A stretch of 64,000 nucleotides of DNA from Acutalibacteraceae bacterium (GCA_045599345.1 JAZRVV010000019.1:3103-67102); one strand, 5' to 3'; positions 55,460-64,000 are shown, counted from the stretch's first letter. Notes: generated by a model from the sequence alone, not told the origin. Numbers and translations: made by a program.

Positions 55460-56576
55460 CGTTTACCTCAACACGTTTTTCTTCTAGTTTACGCTTTCTA
55501 AACCTTGTGTATTCTTCAGCAATGATGTTTGCAACAACAAAGATTATCGTGCCAACAATAAATGTGAAAGGTACAGCGAGCCCATCGAATTCTACAATGG
55601 CAAAAATAGCTTCAATTAAGCCTATGATTACCCAATGGATGCAGTAAGTACGGTTTATGTTCTTGCTGATTGTTGTAATCAGGTTTTTGCCAGCCTTTGG
55701 TATGATTTTTGAAGCATAGTGGTAAAGGCTAGTTGCAAATATCATACCGAGTAAAAATACTAAAATGTTTGGTGTGGTGAACTGATAGTAGTAGAGAATG
55801 TTTGGGTTCATCATTCCGAGTTCTCTTGGAATAGCAATACCCATATAGGTGGCAAGTAAAACGCCAGAGATTGGCAATGCAAGTTTATAATATTTGTCGA
55901 TGTCAGTACAGCGACGAATAATATATTTGCCATAGAGGTATCCAACTACAACTACTATGAACCAGTTGAGAAGTGGGAAAGGTGCAAGATTGAGCTCGTT
56001 TGTTGCTGAGCATGTGCCAATTAACAAACCATAGATTTGAACTAATACTGGATTGACTGGGTCTACAAATCTGATGAAGCTGCCGACAACAGACATGATG
56101 AGTGCGACAATAAATATTGCAAAATCAGAGAACTTCAATTTTTTAAGAAGCCCAAAGAGCATAAGGGCGAGGCCTGCAAATTGCATGATGTCGTCGCATA
56201 TTAAAAGAACGATTGCATAAGTGATTGGAAGGCCAACTATTGTGACACCTAATATTGCAAGGAGGCCCTCTCGAAAGATGTTTAGTATATAACCGAATGC
56301 AAATATTTTAGCGCCACGAACTATGAGCTTGTTTGCATCGCCTTTGAAACTGTAGGATATTCCAAGTCCCATACACATCATAAATGTACTAGCTCCAAAT
56401 ATACTGTCTAGGACGATAACGAATATATAGAACAAACTTGATGTTCCGGCTGCTGATTCGACGGTGAGTTCTTCGAAACAATGGACAAAGACCATTCCAA
56501 GTATACAGATAGCTTTTGCCATATCAAATTCAAACTGTCTTAAAGTATTAACGTCCTTTTTAGCTAATAAATTCAT
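55437..56576 (-). CDS. Polytopic membrane protein, acyltransferase-3/DUF1624-like
   Basis: About 10 predicted TM helices. N-terminal RQFEFDMAKAICILGMVFVHC resembles the R..xD..K/R..a...vv..H start of acyltransferase_3 proteins. Start at ATG 56576 after AAGGGG. The 3' end overlaps the ligase start by 23 nt. Confidence 0.65.
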   Translation of the reverse strand: MNLLAKKDVNTLRQFEFDMAKAICILGMVFVHCFEELTVESAAGTSSLFYIFVIVLDSIFGASTFMMCMGLGISYSFKGDANKLIVRGAKIFAFGYILNIFREGLLAILGVTIVGLPITYAIVLLICDDIMQFAGLALMLFGLLKKLKFSDFAIFIVALIMSVVGSFIRFVDPVNPVLVQIYGLLIGTCSATNELNLAPFPLLNWFIVVVVGYLYGKYIIRRCTDIDKYYKLALPISGVLLATYMGIAIPRELGMMNPNILYYYQFTTPNILVFLLGMIFATSLYHYASKIIPKAGKNLITTISKNINRTYCIHWVIIGLIEAIFAIVEFDGLAVPFTFIVGTIIFVVANIIAEEYTRFRKRKLEEKRVEVNDGNNQNS

Positions 56577-56689
56577 AGACTCACCCCTTATAATTCCAAT
56601 TATAAGCAATTAAATGACAAAATACACACTTTATTTTGTAATATTAATAGTATATAATACTAGCAACTAATTTTAGAGGAGATGAAGGC

Positions 56690-57766
56690 ATGAGTAAGTT
56701 TAAAGCTTTCCTCAAGAAAAAGGACATAGAAATTTCAGGAAAAAGGTACGGCATTGACGCATTAGGCGCAATGGCACAGGGTCTTTTCTGTTCCCTCCTT
56801 ATCGGAACAATTTTTAAGACACTTGGCATGATTCCTGCCCTTTCAGTTTTCACTGATATTGGCGGCTATGCAATGGCAATGTCTGGCCCTGCTATGGCCA
56901 TTGCCATTGGTTATGCTTTAAAGGCTCCACCACTTGTACTTTTCTCACTTGCGGTTGTTGGTAATTCGGCCAACACCATAGGTGGTGCGGGTGGACCACT
57001 TGCCGTTTTGTTCATTGCAATTATTGCAGCTGAATTCGGCAAGTTGGTTTCAAAGGAGACCAAGATAGATATTCTTGTAACACCAACAGTAACAATCCTT
57101 GTTGGCGTTGGCCTCTCAATGCTTATTGCAGCGCCAATAGGCAAGGCCGCTATGTGGGTTGGTGACCTCATTATGTGGGCAACTGATCTCCAGCCATTCC
57201 TTATGGGAATTGTTGTATCGGTACTTGTTGGTATTGCACTTACACTTCCGATTTCATCTGCTGCTATCTGTGCATCATTTGGCCTTGTTGGCCTTGCTGG
57301 TGGCGCTGCTGTTGCAGGCTGCTGCGCACAGATGGTTGGTTTTGCAGTTATGTCATACAAGGAGAACAAGGTTGGTGGCCTTATCTCACAGGGTATCGGC
57401 ACATCAATGCTCCAGATGCCAAACATTGTTAAGAATCCAAAGATTTGGATTGCTCCAACACTTGCATCTGCAATCACAGGCCCTATCGCTACTTGCATAT
57501 TTGGACTTCAGATGAACGGTGCCGCTATCAACTCTGGCATGGGTACATGTGGTCTTTGCGGACCTATCGGTGTAATCACAGGTTGGTTCTCACCATCTGA
57601 TGCAGCAGCTGCAAAGGACCTTGCTGCAATCGCACCAAATGCAAAGGACTGGATTGGCCTTGCACTTGTCTGTGTTGTACTTCCAGCAATACTCTCATTC
57701 ATCTTCTGTGAAGTTGAGAGAAAGATTGGCTGGATCAAAGAAAATGATTTAAAACTTCCAGAATAA
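56690..57766 (+). CDS. PTS EIIC_2-like integral membrane protein
   Basis: 358 aa, glycine-rich and polytopic. The family call is from memory of PF13303-type proteins. No EIIA or EIIB gene is nearby. Confidence 0.6.
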   Translation: MSKFKAFLKKKDIEISGKRYGIDALGAMAQGLFCSLLIGTIFKTLGMIPALSVFTDIGGYAMAMSGPAMAIAIGYALKAPPLVLFSLAVVGNSANTIGGAGGPLAVLFIAIIAAEFGKLVSKETKIDILVTPTVTILVGVGLSMLIAAPIGKAAMWVGDLIMWATDLQPFLMGIVVSVLVGIALTLPISSAAICASFGLVGLAGGAAVAGCCAQMVGFAVMSYKENKVGGLISQGIGTSMLQMPNIVKNPKIWIAPTLASAITGPIATCIFGLQMNGAAINSGMGTCGLCGPIGVITGWFSPSDAAAAKDLAAIAPNAKDWIGLALVCVVLPAILSFIFCEVERKIGWIKENDLKLPE

Positions 57767-57781
57767 TAGAAGGTAGATTTT

Positions 57782-58552
57782 ATGCGTATAGTTGTTAAAG
57801 TGGGCACATCAACACTTGCCCACGCAACAGGACATCTCAATATCAAACGTGTAGAGGAACTTTGCAAAGTTTTGTCAGACGTAAAAAATGCGGGCCATGA
57901 GGTAGTGCTTGTATCATCTGGTGCTATCGGCATGGGTCTTGGCAAGCTCCTTATCAAGAGCAAGCCAGACGACATCCCAACCAAGCAGGCTGCTGCCGCT
58001 GTTGGCCAGTGTGAACTCATGTACACATATGACAAGCTTTTCTCAGAATACAACCACACAGTAGCACAGATACTCCTTACTGGTGCTGATGTTAAGGATC
58101 CTGTTCGTCATGGCAATTTCCAGAATACTGTATACAGGCTCTTGGAGCTTGGCGCTATCCCTGTAATTAACGAGAATGACTCGATAGCAACAGAGGAAAT
58201 CGTAATAGGTGACAACGATACGCTTGGCGCAATAGTTGCAACATCAATAGGCGCTGATTTGCTTATCATTCTCTCTGATATCGACGGCCTCTACACAGGG
58301 GATCCACACAAGGACAAGGATGCAACGCTTATCAAGGTTGTAGAGGAAATAAATGATGATATCTTGAAACTCGGCGGTGGCAGTGGCTCTAGCCTTGGCA
58401 CCGGCGGTATGAAGACAAAGCTCATTGCTGCAGAGATTACAACCGGTGGCGGAGTAGATATGATAATCGCCAACGGAAACAATCCAGCAGCAATCTACAA
58501 CATGGTCGATGGAACTGACTTTGTTGGAACTAAATTTTGCAAGAGGAAGTAA
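57782..58552 (+). CDS. proB: Glutamate 5-kinase (short form, no PUA domain)
   Basis: 256 aa with VVKVGTSTL and NENDS..TEE..GDNDTL motifs. Confidence 0.9.
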   Translation: MRIVVKVGTSTLAHATGHLNIKRVEELCKVLSDVKNAGHEVVLVSSGAIGMGLGKLLIKSKPDDIPTKQAAAAVGQCELMYTYDKLFSEYNHTVAQILLTGADVKDPVRHGNFQNTVYRLLELGAIPVINENDSIATEEIVIGDNDTLGAIVATSIGADLLIILSDIDGLYTGDPHKDKDATLIKVVEEINDDILKLGGGSGSSLGTGGMKTKLIAAEITTGGGVDMIIANGNNPAAIYNMVDGTDFVGTKFCKRK

Positions 58553-58554
58553 AA

Positions 58555-59799
58555 ATGACAACACTTGAACTTTGCAAAGCAGCAAAGGCTGCATCAAAAA
58601 AAGTAGCGACACTCAGCACAGAGGACAAGAATCGTGCTATTCTTGTCTGTGCAGATGAGCTTATAAGCCACACTGATGCAATACTTGCTGCGAATGATAA
58701 AGATATAGAGGCTGCAAAAGGCACAATTTCAGACGTCATGATTGACCGTCTGAAACTTACAGAAGAGCGCATCAAAGGCATGGCCGACGGCATGCGTGAG
58801 GTTGCGGCACTTCCAGACCCGGTCGGCAGGATATATGATACAGTCAACCGCCCAAGTGGCATCAAGGTTGAAAAGATTTCTGTGCCACTTGGCGTGGTGT
58901 CAATCATCTATGAGAGCCGACCAAATGTCACAAGTGACGCCGCAACGCTTTGCTTTAAAAGCGGTAACGCTTGCGTACTCCGCGGAGGCAAGGAAAGCTA
59001 CAACTCATCAAAAGCAATTGTTGATGCTCTCAAAGAGGGCTTTGAGAAGTGCGGCATCAACCCTGATGTTGTAAACTTGGTATCAGACCTTACACGTCAG
59101 AGTGCGACAGATATAATGACAGCAGTAGGCTACGTTGACCTTCTCATTCCACGTGGTGGAGCGGGCCTTATCAAAAATGTTGTAGAGAACTCCAAGGTAC
59201 CTTCTCTTCAAACGGGTACAGGTATCTGCCACATCTATGTGGATGAATCGGCAGACCTCAATATGGCTGCAAACATAATCAAGAATGCCAAGACATCACG
59301 CCCATCAGTATGTAATGCTGAGGAGGTATGTCTTGTAAATGCAAAAATTGCAGAGGAATTCCTTCCACTGCTTAAGAAGACTATTGTTGACGAGATAGAC
59401 ACACCAGTAGAACTCAGGCTTGATGAGCGCGCAATCAAAATCATCGACGGCAAACCAGCCGGTGAAAATGATTTTGATACAGAGTTCCTTGACTACATCC
59501 TTGCAGTCAAGATAGTTGATGATGTTAATGAGGCAATTGATCACATCTCAAAGCATTCAACTGGCCACAGTGAAGCAATCATCACTAAAAATCCAGAGAG
59601 TGAAAAAGCATTTCTCACTTCCATAGACAGCGCTGCTGTCTATGTCAACGCATCCACACGTTTCACCGATGGCGGTGAATTTGGCCTTGGATGCGAGATG
59701 GGTATTTCGACACAGAAACTCCACGCAAGAGGCCCAGTAGGCCTTAGAGAACTCAACACATACAAGTACATCATCCATGGTGATGGACAGATAAGATAA
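58555..59799 (+). CDS. proA: Glutamate-5-semialdehyde dehydrogenase
   Basis: 414 aa from ATG 58555, with the ALDH-fold catalytic context CNAEE and the position between proB and proC. Confidence 0.9.
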   Translation: MTTLELCKAAKAASKKVATLSTEDKNRAILVCADELISHTDAILAANDKDIEAAKGTISDVMIDRLKLTEERIKGMADGMREVAALPDPVGRIYDTVNRPSGIKVEKISVPLGVVSIIYESRPNVTSDAATLCFKSGNACVLRGGKESYNSSKAIVDALKEGFEKCGINPDVVNLVSDLTRQSATDIMTAVGYVDLLIPRGGAGLIKNVVENSKVPSLQTGTGICHIYVDESADLNMAANIIKNAKTSRPSVCNAEEVCLVNAKIAEEFLPLLKKTIVDEIDTPVELRLDERAIKIIDGKPAGENDFDTEFLDYILAVKIVDDVNEAIDHISKHSTGHSEAIITKNPESEKAFLTSIDSAAVYVNASTRFTDGGEFGLGCEMGISTQKLHARGPVGLRELNTYKYIIHGDGQIR

Positions 59800-59810
59800 G
59801 AGGCAGAAGG

Positions 59811-60599
59811 ATGAAATACGACTATGGTTTTATAGGAGCAGGCAATATGGGTGGTGCCCTTTCCAAGGCACTTAAAGGTAAAATTATTGCCATATCCAAT
59901 AGAACACCAGAAAAAGCAGAAAAGCTTGCTAAAGAAATAAATGCCACAGCATCCACAAACGAGGATGTTGCAAGCAATTCACAATACCTCATGCTTGGCG
60001 TAAAACCACAGGTTTTGCCAAGCCTCATTGATGAAATCTGTGAATTCATAAATCAAGAAACAATACTCGTTACAATGGCTGCTGGCGTTAAGATGGCAAC
60101 TCTTGAACAACAACTAAGCAAACAAAATATAAAAATTATTCGCATCATGCCAAACACTCCTGTAGCCATCGGCGAGGGAGTGATACTTGCATCAAAGAAT
60201 GCAAATGTATCAGACGATGAATTCGGCAAATTCATCGATGACTTCACAAATGCTGGCATGATAGTGCCAGTCAATGAGGAACTCATCGATGCAGGCTCGG
60301 TCGTAATGGGCTGTGGCCCTGCATATATCTATATGTACATAGACGCACTTGCCAAGGCAGGCGAGAGCCTTGGCCTTGACTACGACCTCGCAGCAAAGCT
60401 CGCCAAGGCTACGACTATAGGCGCAGCAAAGCTCTCATCAGTATCCGACGAGAGCCTAAACGAGCTGCGCATCAAAGTCTGCAGCCCAGGCGGCAGCACC
60501 ATCGAGGGCGTCAAAGTTCTCGATAGTAAACTTGATGATCTCGTACAAGAGGCCCTCGATGCCGCTTACAAACGCACCAAAGAGCTTGCGGGCGAGTAA
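59811..60599 (+). CDS. proC: Pyrroline-5-carboxylate reductase
   Basis: 262 aa with FIGAGNMGGAL and the C-terminal SPGGSTIEG motif. Confidence 0.9.
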   Translation: MKYDYGFIGAGNMGGALSKALKGKIIAISNRTPEKAEKLAKEINATASTNEDVASNSQYLMLGVKPQVLPSLIDEICEFINQETILVTMAAGVKMATLEQQLSKQNIKIIRIMPNTPVAIGEGVILASKNANVSDDEFGKFIDDFTNAGMIVPVNEELIDAGSVVMGCGPAYIYMYIDALAKAGESLGLDYDLAAKLAKATTIGAAKLSSVSDESLNELRIKVCSPGGSTIEGVKVLDSKLDDLVQEALDAAYKRTKELAGE

Positions 60600-60682
60600 A
60601 GGCATATATCTTGCCATAAGTGGTGCATAGGTGGTGCAAAAGTGTCAAAAAACGCTTAAAATTGATTACAAATTAGTTACAA

Positions 60683-60712
60683 GGGCATTTTTTATAAAAT
60701 GCCCAAACTTTT
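60683..60712 (+). terminator. Terminator-like hairpin after proC
   Basis: 9-bp stem gggcatttt/aaaatgccc followed by aaacttttt. Confidence 0.6.
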
Positions 60713-60733
60713 TGCCATAATTTTTCCAAAACA

Positions 60734-60756
60734 GAAAATTACAATTTGTAATTTTC
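60734..60756. promoter_or_regulatory. Perfect 23-bp palindrome (putative operator)
   Basis: gaaaattacaa-t-ttgtaattttc. Its core TTACAAtTTGTAA is the same as the one at 9269-9281. Confidence 0.35.
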
Positions 60757-60810
60757 TTAATTTTGCACATTTTATTGTGTAATTTGCACAAAATCAAGGC
60801 TTTAAAAAAT

Positions 60811-60839
60811 TTGACATTTCATTATTATACACATATAAT
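60811..60839 (+). promoter_or_regulatory. Consensus sigma-A promoter of the YabE-like gene
   Basis: TTGACA (60811-60816), 17-nt spacer, TATAAT (60834-60839). A 5'-UTR hairpin tcgcaaagt/actttgcga (60845-60871) abuts the SD sequence AAGGAG. Confidence 0.55.
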
Positions 60840-60883
60840 ACCAATCGCAAAGTGAAAATATGACTTTGCGAAGGAGATCTTGG

Positions 60884-62131
60884 ATGGTAAAAAACGATGT
60901 CAAGCAGCGTGCCTTTACATCTGCTCCAAGTCGAATTTTTGCAGTAATATTCCTTGCACTTGTTGTAGTCGGAATTATTATTGCTTCGGCAATGTCCAAT
61001 TACACCGTAAACGTAATTGCAGATGGGCAGACGATCAAAGTCACCACATCCGAGCAAAGTGCCCGAGTAATCCTTGAACAAGCTGGTTTAACTTTAGGGG
61101 AAAAAGACTGGCTTGATACTTCAAGCTTTACTGCTGGCAAAAGCGCAAGACGAGGTAATAAACTTGTCGTTAAACGCGCTATGCCAGTCACTATTGATGA
61201 CAACGGTGATATAACCGAAGTTCTCATCGCAGGTACTGTTGCGGATGCACTTGAAGAAGCGGGACTCACATGTAGACCTGCCGACAAGATGAACTACAAG
61301 GAGACTGATCTCCTCGTAGAAAACATGACAATTAAAATAACGAGAGCGTTTACCGTTGACGTCATCGCCGATGGTAAAAAGCAGGAAGCCGAATTCCTTA
61401 CTGGAACGGTTGCAGATGTGTTATCAAGCCTTGATATAACTCTTGGTGAAGATGATGAGGTTAGCCCATCACTTACAACGGAGCTTAAGGCTGGTAATAC
61501 TGTCAGAGTCTATCGTGTGACTTACGAGGAACGTACTGCAACAGAACCTATCCGCTTTGAGACAATCCATAAAACCTCAGCACAGGTATACAAGGGTGAA
61601 ACCAAGGTAGAACAAGAAGGAATAACTGGCAAGAAAGATGTAGTCTATCGTGATAAACTGATTGATGGCAAGGTTTCGAAGTCTACCAAACTTTCTGAAA
61701 AGGTTATCGAGCCTGCGCAGAACAAGATTGTGGTATCTGGTACCAAAATCCGTGTTCTTGCGACTGGCAGCCAACTTTCGGCTATACCTATGCCTTATGC
61801 GCTCCAGGACAATATACCAGTAAACGTTATCACTACCATTACTGGTAATTCGACTGCGTACTACGCCGCTCCTGGCAAGGGCACGGCCTCCGGCCGCCTT
61901 GCTCAGTCGGGCCACGTCGCCGTCGATCCACGCCAAATTCCATATGGCTCAGAGCTCTATATTGTAACCACAGACGGCAAGTACGTCTATGGATATTGTA
62001 TCGCTGCTGATACAGGTGGATTTGTAGGCAATGGCACCATAGTTGACCTCTACTTCAACACATACGATGAATGTGTTCAGTGGGGTAACAAGCAAGTATG
62101 CATCTATGTCCTTAAATGGGGCAATGGCTAA
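60884..62131 (+). CDS. YabE/RpfB-like cell-wall protein (TM anchor, DUF348 repeats, G5, 3D domain)
   Basis: G5 (YKGETKVEQEGITGKKDVVY ... VVSGTK). 3D/RlpA-like C-terminus (GHVAVDPRQIPYGSELYI ... AADTGGF). Start at ATG 60884 after AAGGAG. Confidence 0.85.
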   Translation: MVKNDVKQRAFTSAPSRIFAVIFLALVVVGIIIASAMSNYTVNVIADGQTIKVTTSEQSARVILEQAGLTLGEKDWLDTSSFTAGKSARRGNKLVVKRAMPVTIDDNGDITEVLIAGTVADALEEAGLTCRPADKMNYKETDLLVENMTIKITRAFTVDVIADGKKQEAEFLTGTVADVLSSLDITLGEDDEVSPSLTTELKAGNTVRVYRVTYEERTATEPIRFETIHKTSAQVYKGETKVEQEGITGKKDVVYRDKLIDGKVSKSTKLSEKVIEPAQNKIVVSGTKIRVLATGSQLSAIPMPYALQDNIPVNVITTITGNSTAYYAAPGKGTASGRLAQSGHVAVDPRQIPYGSELYIVTTDGKYVYGYCIAADTGGFVGNGTIVDLYFNTYDECVQWGNKQVCIYVLKWGNG

Positions 62132-62162
62132 TACCAAAACAAAAAAATAACAAACAAAAACA

Positions 62163-62201
62163 AACGCCTGAGAGCCAAAACTCTCAGGCGTTCATTTTTT
62201 T
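62163..62201 (+). terminator. Rho-independent terminator
   Basis: 12-bp stem aacgcctgagag/ctctcaggcgtt followed by cattttttt. Confidence 0.75.
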
Positions 62202-62204
62202 GCG

Positions 62205-62357
62205 CTATTTAATTTCAAGCCTTCTAGAAGTAGGTTTTACTTCCTCAAGCTTTGGGAGGTTCAAGGTTAGAACACCGTTTTCGTATTTTGCTTCAATCTC
62301 ATCGGATTTAATTCCTGTTAAATCGAAAAACGAAACAAAACGACAAAATCCCTTGTT
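62205..62357 (-). pseudogene. Remnant of the C-terminal part of an Hsp20/alpha-crystallin small heat-shock protein
   Basis: Minus-strand frame with no start codon: NKGFCRFVSFFDLTGIKSDEIEAKYENGVLTLNLPKLEEVKPTSRRLEIK*. The segment I..AKYENGVLTL.LPK matches the conserved Hsp20 C-terminal beta-strands. Confidence 0.5.
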
Positions 62358-62419
62358 TTACTAATTAAATGTAAGTATAATACTAAATGAACACGTTCGT
62401 AAAAATAGGAGGACTTTTT

Positions 62420-63442
62420 ATGAAAAAATCTACACTCGCAAAAGTAGGCGCTGTTGCAGTGCTTGGCGGAACAGCAGCAGTATCAGCCGCAGGTGTCGGT
62501 GGCGTTAAACTCTGGAAGTGGCTTCAGGAGACGGCTCGTGAGACTCCACTCAACCCAGTTAACGGCTATCCATATCCAAACAGCTACTACTATCACGAAG
62601 GCGACTATGATGTTCACTATCAGGTTGACTTCCCAACAGCAGGCACACCAATCAAGGGTAAACTTTTCATGATCCATGGTTTTGCTTGCAACTCAACATT
62701 CTATGATGAGATGGTAGAAATCCTCACAAAAGAGGGATTCGTTTGTGTACGTCCTGACGTACCAAACTGTGGCTTCTCAACACGTGAGACCAAGAACGTT
62801 GCTCCAATCGCTCGTGAGCAGCTCCTCATCCACGTTCTTGAATTCCTTGACAACTCTGGCTCAATGCCAGCTGGCAAGTGGATTTTGATGGGTCACTCAA
62901 TGGGTGGCGGTATCTCAATGAACCTTGCAAACGAGTACAAGGACAAGTTCTCATCAGTACTTCTCTACGCTCCAATGGCAGCAGTTAATGCTCCAAGTTT
63001 CGTAAAGACTATCGTAACACTCGATCCAATGTGCAATCTCATGGACAAAATCTTTGGACCTGTATGCTCACACGATCCAGTAGTCAAGGCAGTTATCATG
63101 CTCATGACTGTTGATGTACGCTACAGTGCTCTCTATGATGTTAAGAAATTTGCTGATGGACTCACAGTACCAAACACAGGAACAGCAATGTGCTACATGA
63201 TGGCAAGAGCAAATCCAACACTCCACGAAGATATGGCCAAGGTTGACCTTCCAATCAAACTCTTCTGGGGCCAGATGGACCTCTTTAACATGAAGTCAGT
63301 AGTTAAGAAATTCCAGGCAGCACTTCAGAATCCTGATGTAACAGTAACCAAGATTGCTGGTCACTGCCTCGTTCAGAACTGTGCACCAGAAGTTTGTGCT
63401 GAATCACTTGCATTCTTAAAGAGAAACGGTATCATCGCATAA
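62420..63442 (+). CDS. Alpha/beta hydrolase with an N-terminal signal/anchor
   Basis: ATG 62420 after ATAGGAGG. HGF oxyanion motif (FMIHGFACN) and nucleophile elbow GHSMGGG. Confidence 0.8.
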   Translation: MKKSTLAKVGAVAVLGGTAAVSAAGVGGVKLWKWLQETARETPLNPVNGYPYPNSYYYHEGDYDVHYQVDFPTAGTPIKGKLFMIHGFACNSTFYDEMVEILTKEGFVCVRPDVPNCGFSTRETKNVAPIAREQLLIHVLEFLDNSGSMPAGKWILMGHSMGGGISMNLANEYKDKFSSVLLYAPMAAVNAPSFVKTIVTLDPMCNLMDKIFGPVCSHDPVVKAVIMLMTVDVRYSALYDVKKFADGLTVPNTGTAMCYMMARANPTLHEDMAKVDLPIKLFWGQMDLFNMKSVVKKFQAALQNPDVTVTKIAGHCLVQNCAPEVCAESLAFLKRNGIIA

Positions 63443-63468
63443 AATATTAAATAGGAGAATTTAATACA

Positions 63469-64000
63469 ATGGGACTTAAGACTATCGAGTTTGTAGAAAA
63501 CAAGCAAACTAAAGGTTGGCCGTATGCCAATAGCGAATACTTTACCCATGGCGATTATAAACTTCACTATAGAATCGATGCCCCAAAGGGCAAAGAAAAA
63601 GGCAAGATGTTCATGATTCACGGCTTTGGCTGTGACACCACATTCTATGATGAAATGGTTGTTGAATACACCAAAAAAGGCATGCGTTGCGTACGCGTTG
63701 ACCTTCCTGATTTTGGCTATTCAACAAGAGAGATGAAAGGTATTAACTACGTTAACCGCGTAGACATGCTCATCGAACTCATGCAGTACCTTGACGAACA
63801 AGAAACCAATCCAGACAAATGGATTGTTGTTGGTCACTCAATGGGCGGTTCTGTAACACTTGACATCGCCGATAGAAAGCCGGCAAACGTTAAAGCATAC
63901 ATGCTCTATGCTCCAATGTTCATGTACAACGTTCCACCAATCATGTCAAAACTCTTCATGATGAAGTGGATGGGTTCAATGATGGACACAGCACTCAAGT
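63469..64000 (+). CDS. Alpha/beta hydrolase, paralogue of the preceding gene (3' end outside the window)
   Basis: ATG 63469 after ATAGGAG. Translation reads MGLKTIEFVENKQTKGWPYANSEYFTHGDYKLHYRIDAPKGKEKGKMFMIHGFGCDTTFYDEM ... VVGHSMGGS. The frame is open to the window end. Confidence 0.75.
   Translation, partial: MGLKTIEFVENKQTKGWPYANSEYFTHGDYKLHYRIDAPKGKEKGKMFMIHGFGCDTTFYDEMVVEYTKKGMRCVRVDLPDFGYSTREMKGINYVNRVDMLIELMQYLDEQETNPDKWIVVGHSMGGSVTLDIADRKPANVKAYMLYAPMFMYNVPPIMSKLFMMKWMGSMMDTALK

Noticed and set aside
62116-62364. 82-aa + strand ORF after the YabE-like gene.
   Set aside because: It reads through a strong terminator, and its sequence is the antisense of the Hsp20 remnant.
1-64000. 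Scan for CRISPR arrays, IS elements, integrases, prophage genes and rRNA genes.
   Set aside because: I saw no regularly spaced direct repeats, no transposase- or recombinase-like ORFs, and no rRNA signatures. The only repeats are two short in-frame coding tandem repeats and the operator-like motifs reported above.

Overview
This 64-kb chromosomal window comes from a low-to-mid GC Firmicute. Gene content and synteny look like Clostridia, possibly Lachnospiraceae, but the taxon cannot be verified from here. I call about 60 CDS and one tRNA-Thr(CGU). I see no rRNA, CRISPR array, transposase or integrase. Most of the window is ordinary core genome, mainly on the + strand: htrA, rny-ymdB, asp23/DAK2/recG, an M23/LysM/G5 hydrolase, ACT+UPF0210, trmK-nif3, rqcH, ispE, a ClC channel, a MATE pump, dut, nhaC, zapA-U32, GH13+glgP, Fe-ADH, gdhA, rimO-pgsA-cysS, rplM-rpsI, proBAC and a YabE-like G5/3D protein. 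Seven parts are unusual. (1) A tightly coupled 7-gene operon at 25.5-30.6 kb encodes a transglutaminase-core lipoprotein, a two-repeat PilC/GspF platform, four small proteins with degenerate prepilin-like N-termini, and a PilT-family ATPase as the only motor. No PilB, PilD or canonical pilin is present, and the operon is divergent from a class B sortase coupled to DUF1846. (2) At 53.6-56.6 kb a STAS domain is fused to an acyl-AMP-forming ligase and translationally coupled to an acyltransferase-3-like membrane protein. (3) An AT-rich AbiEi/AbiEii islet carries a promoter-embedded inverted repeat and is followed by a GC-rich, highly structured, unexplained intergenic element. (4) A promoter-to-terminator sRNA candidate with two AUCUCCU motifs lies between cysS and rplM, next to a GAAAACG repeat array. 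(5) The palindrome TTACAA-N-TTGTAA occurs upstream of both G5-domain cell-wall hydrolase genes. (6) There is an Hsp20 C-terminal remnant. (7) Two alpha/beta hydrolase paralogues sit in tandem at the window end. All functional calls rest on motifs read from the supplied translations and on remembered family features. No database search was run.
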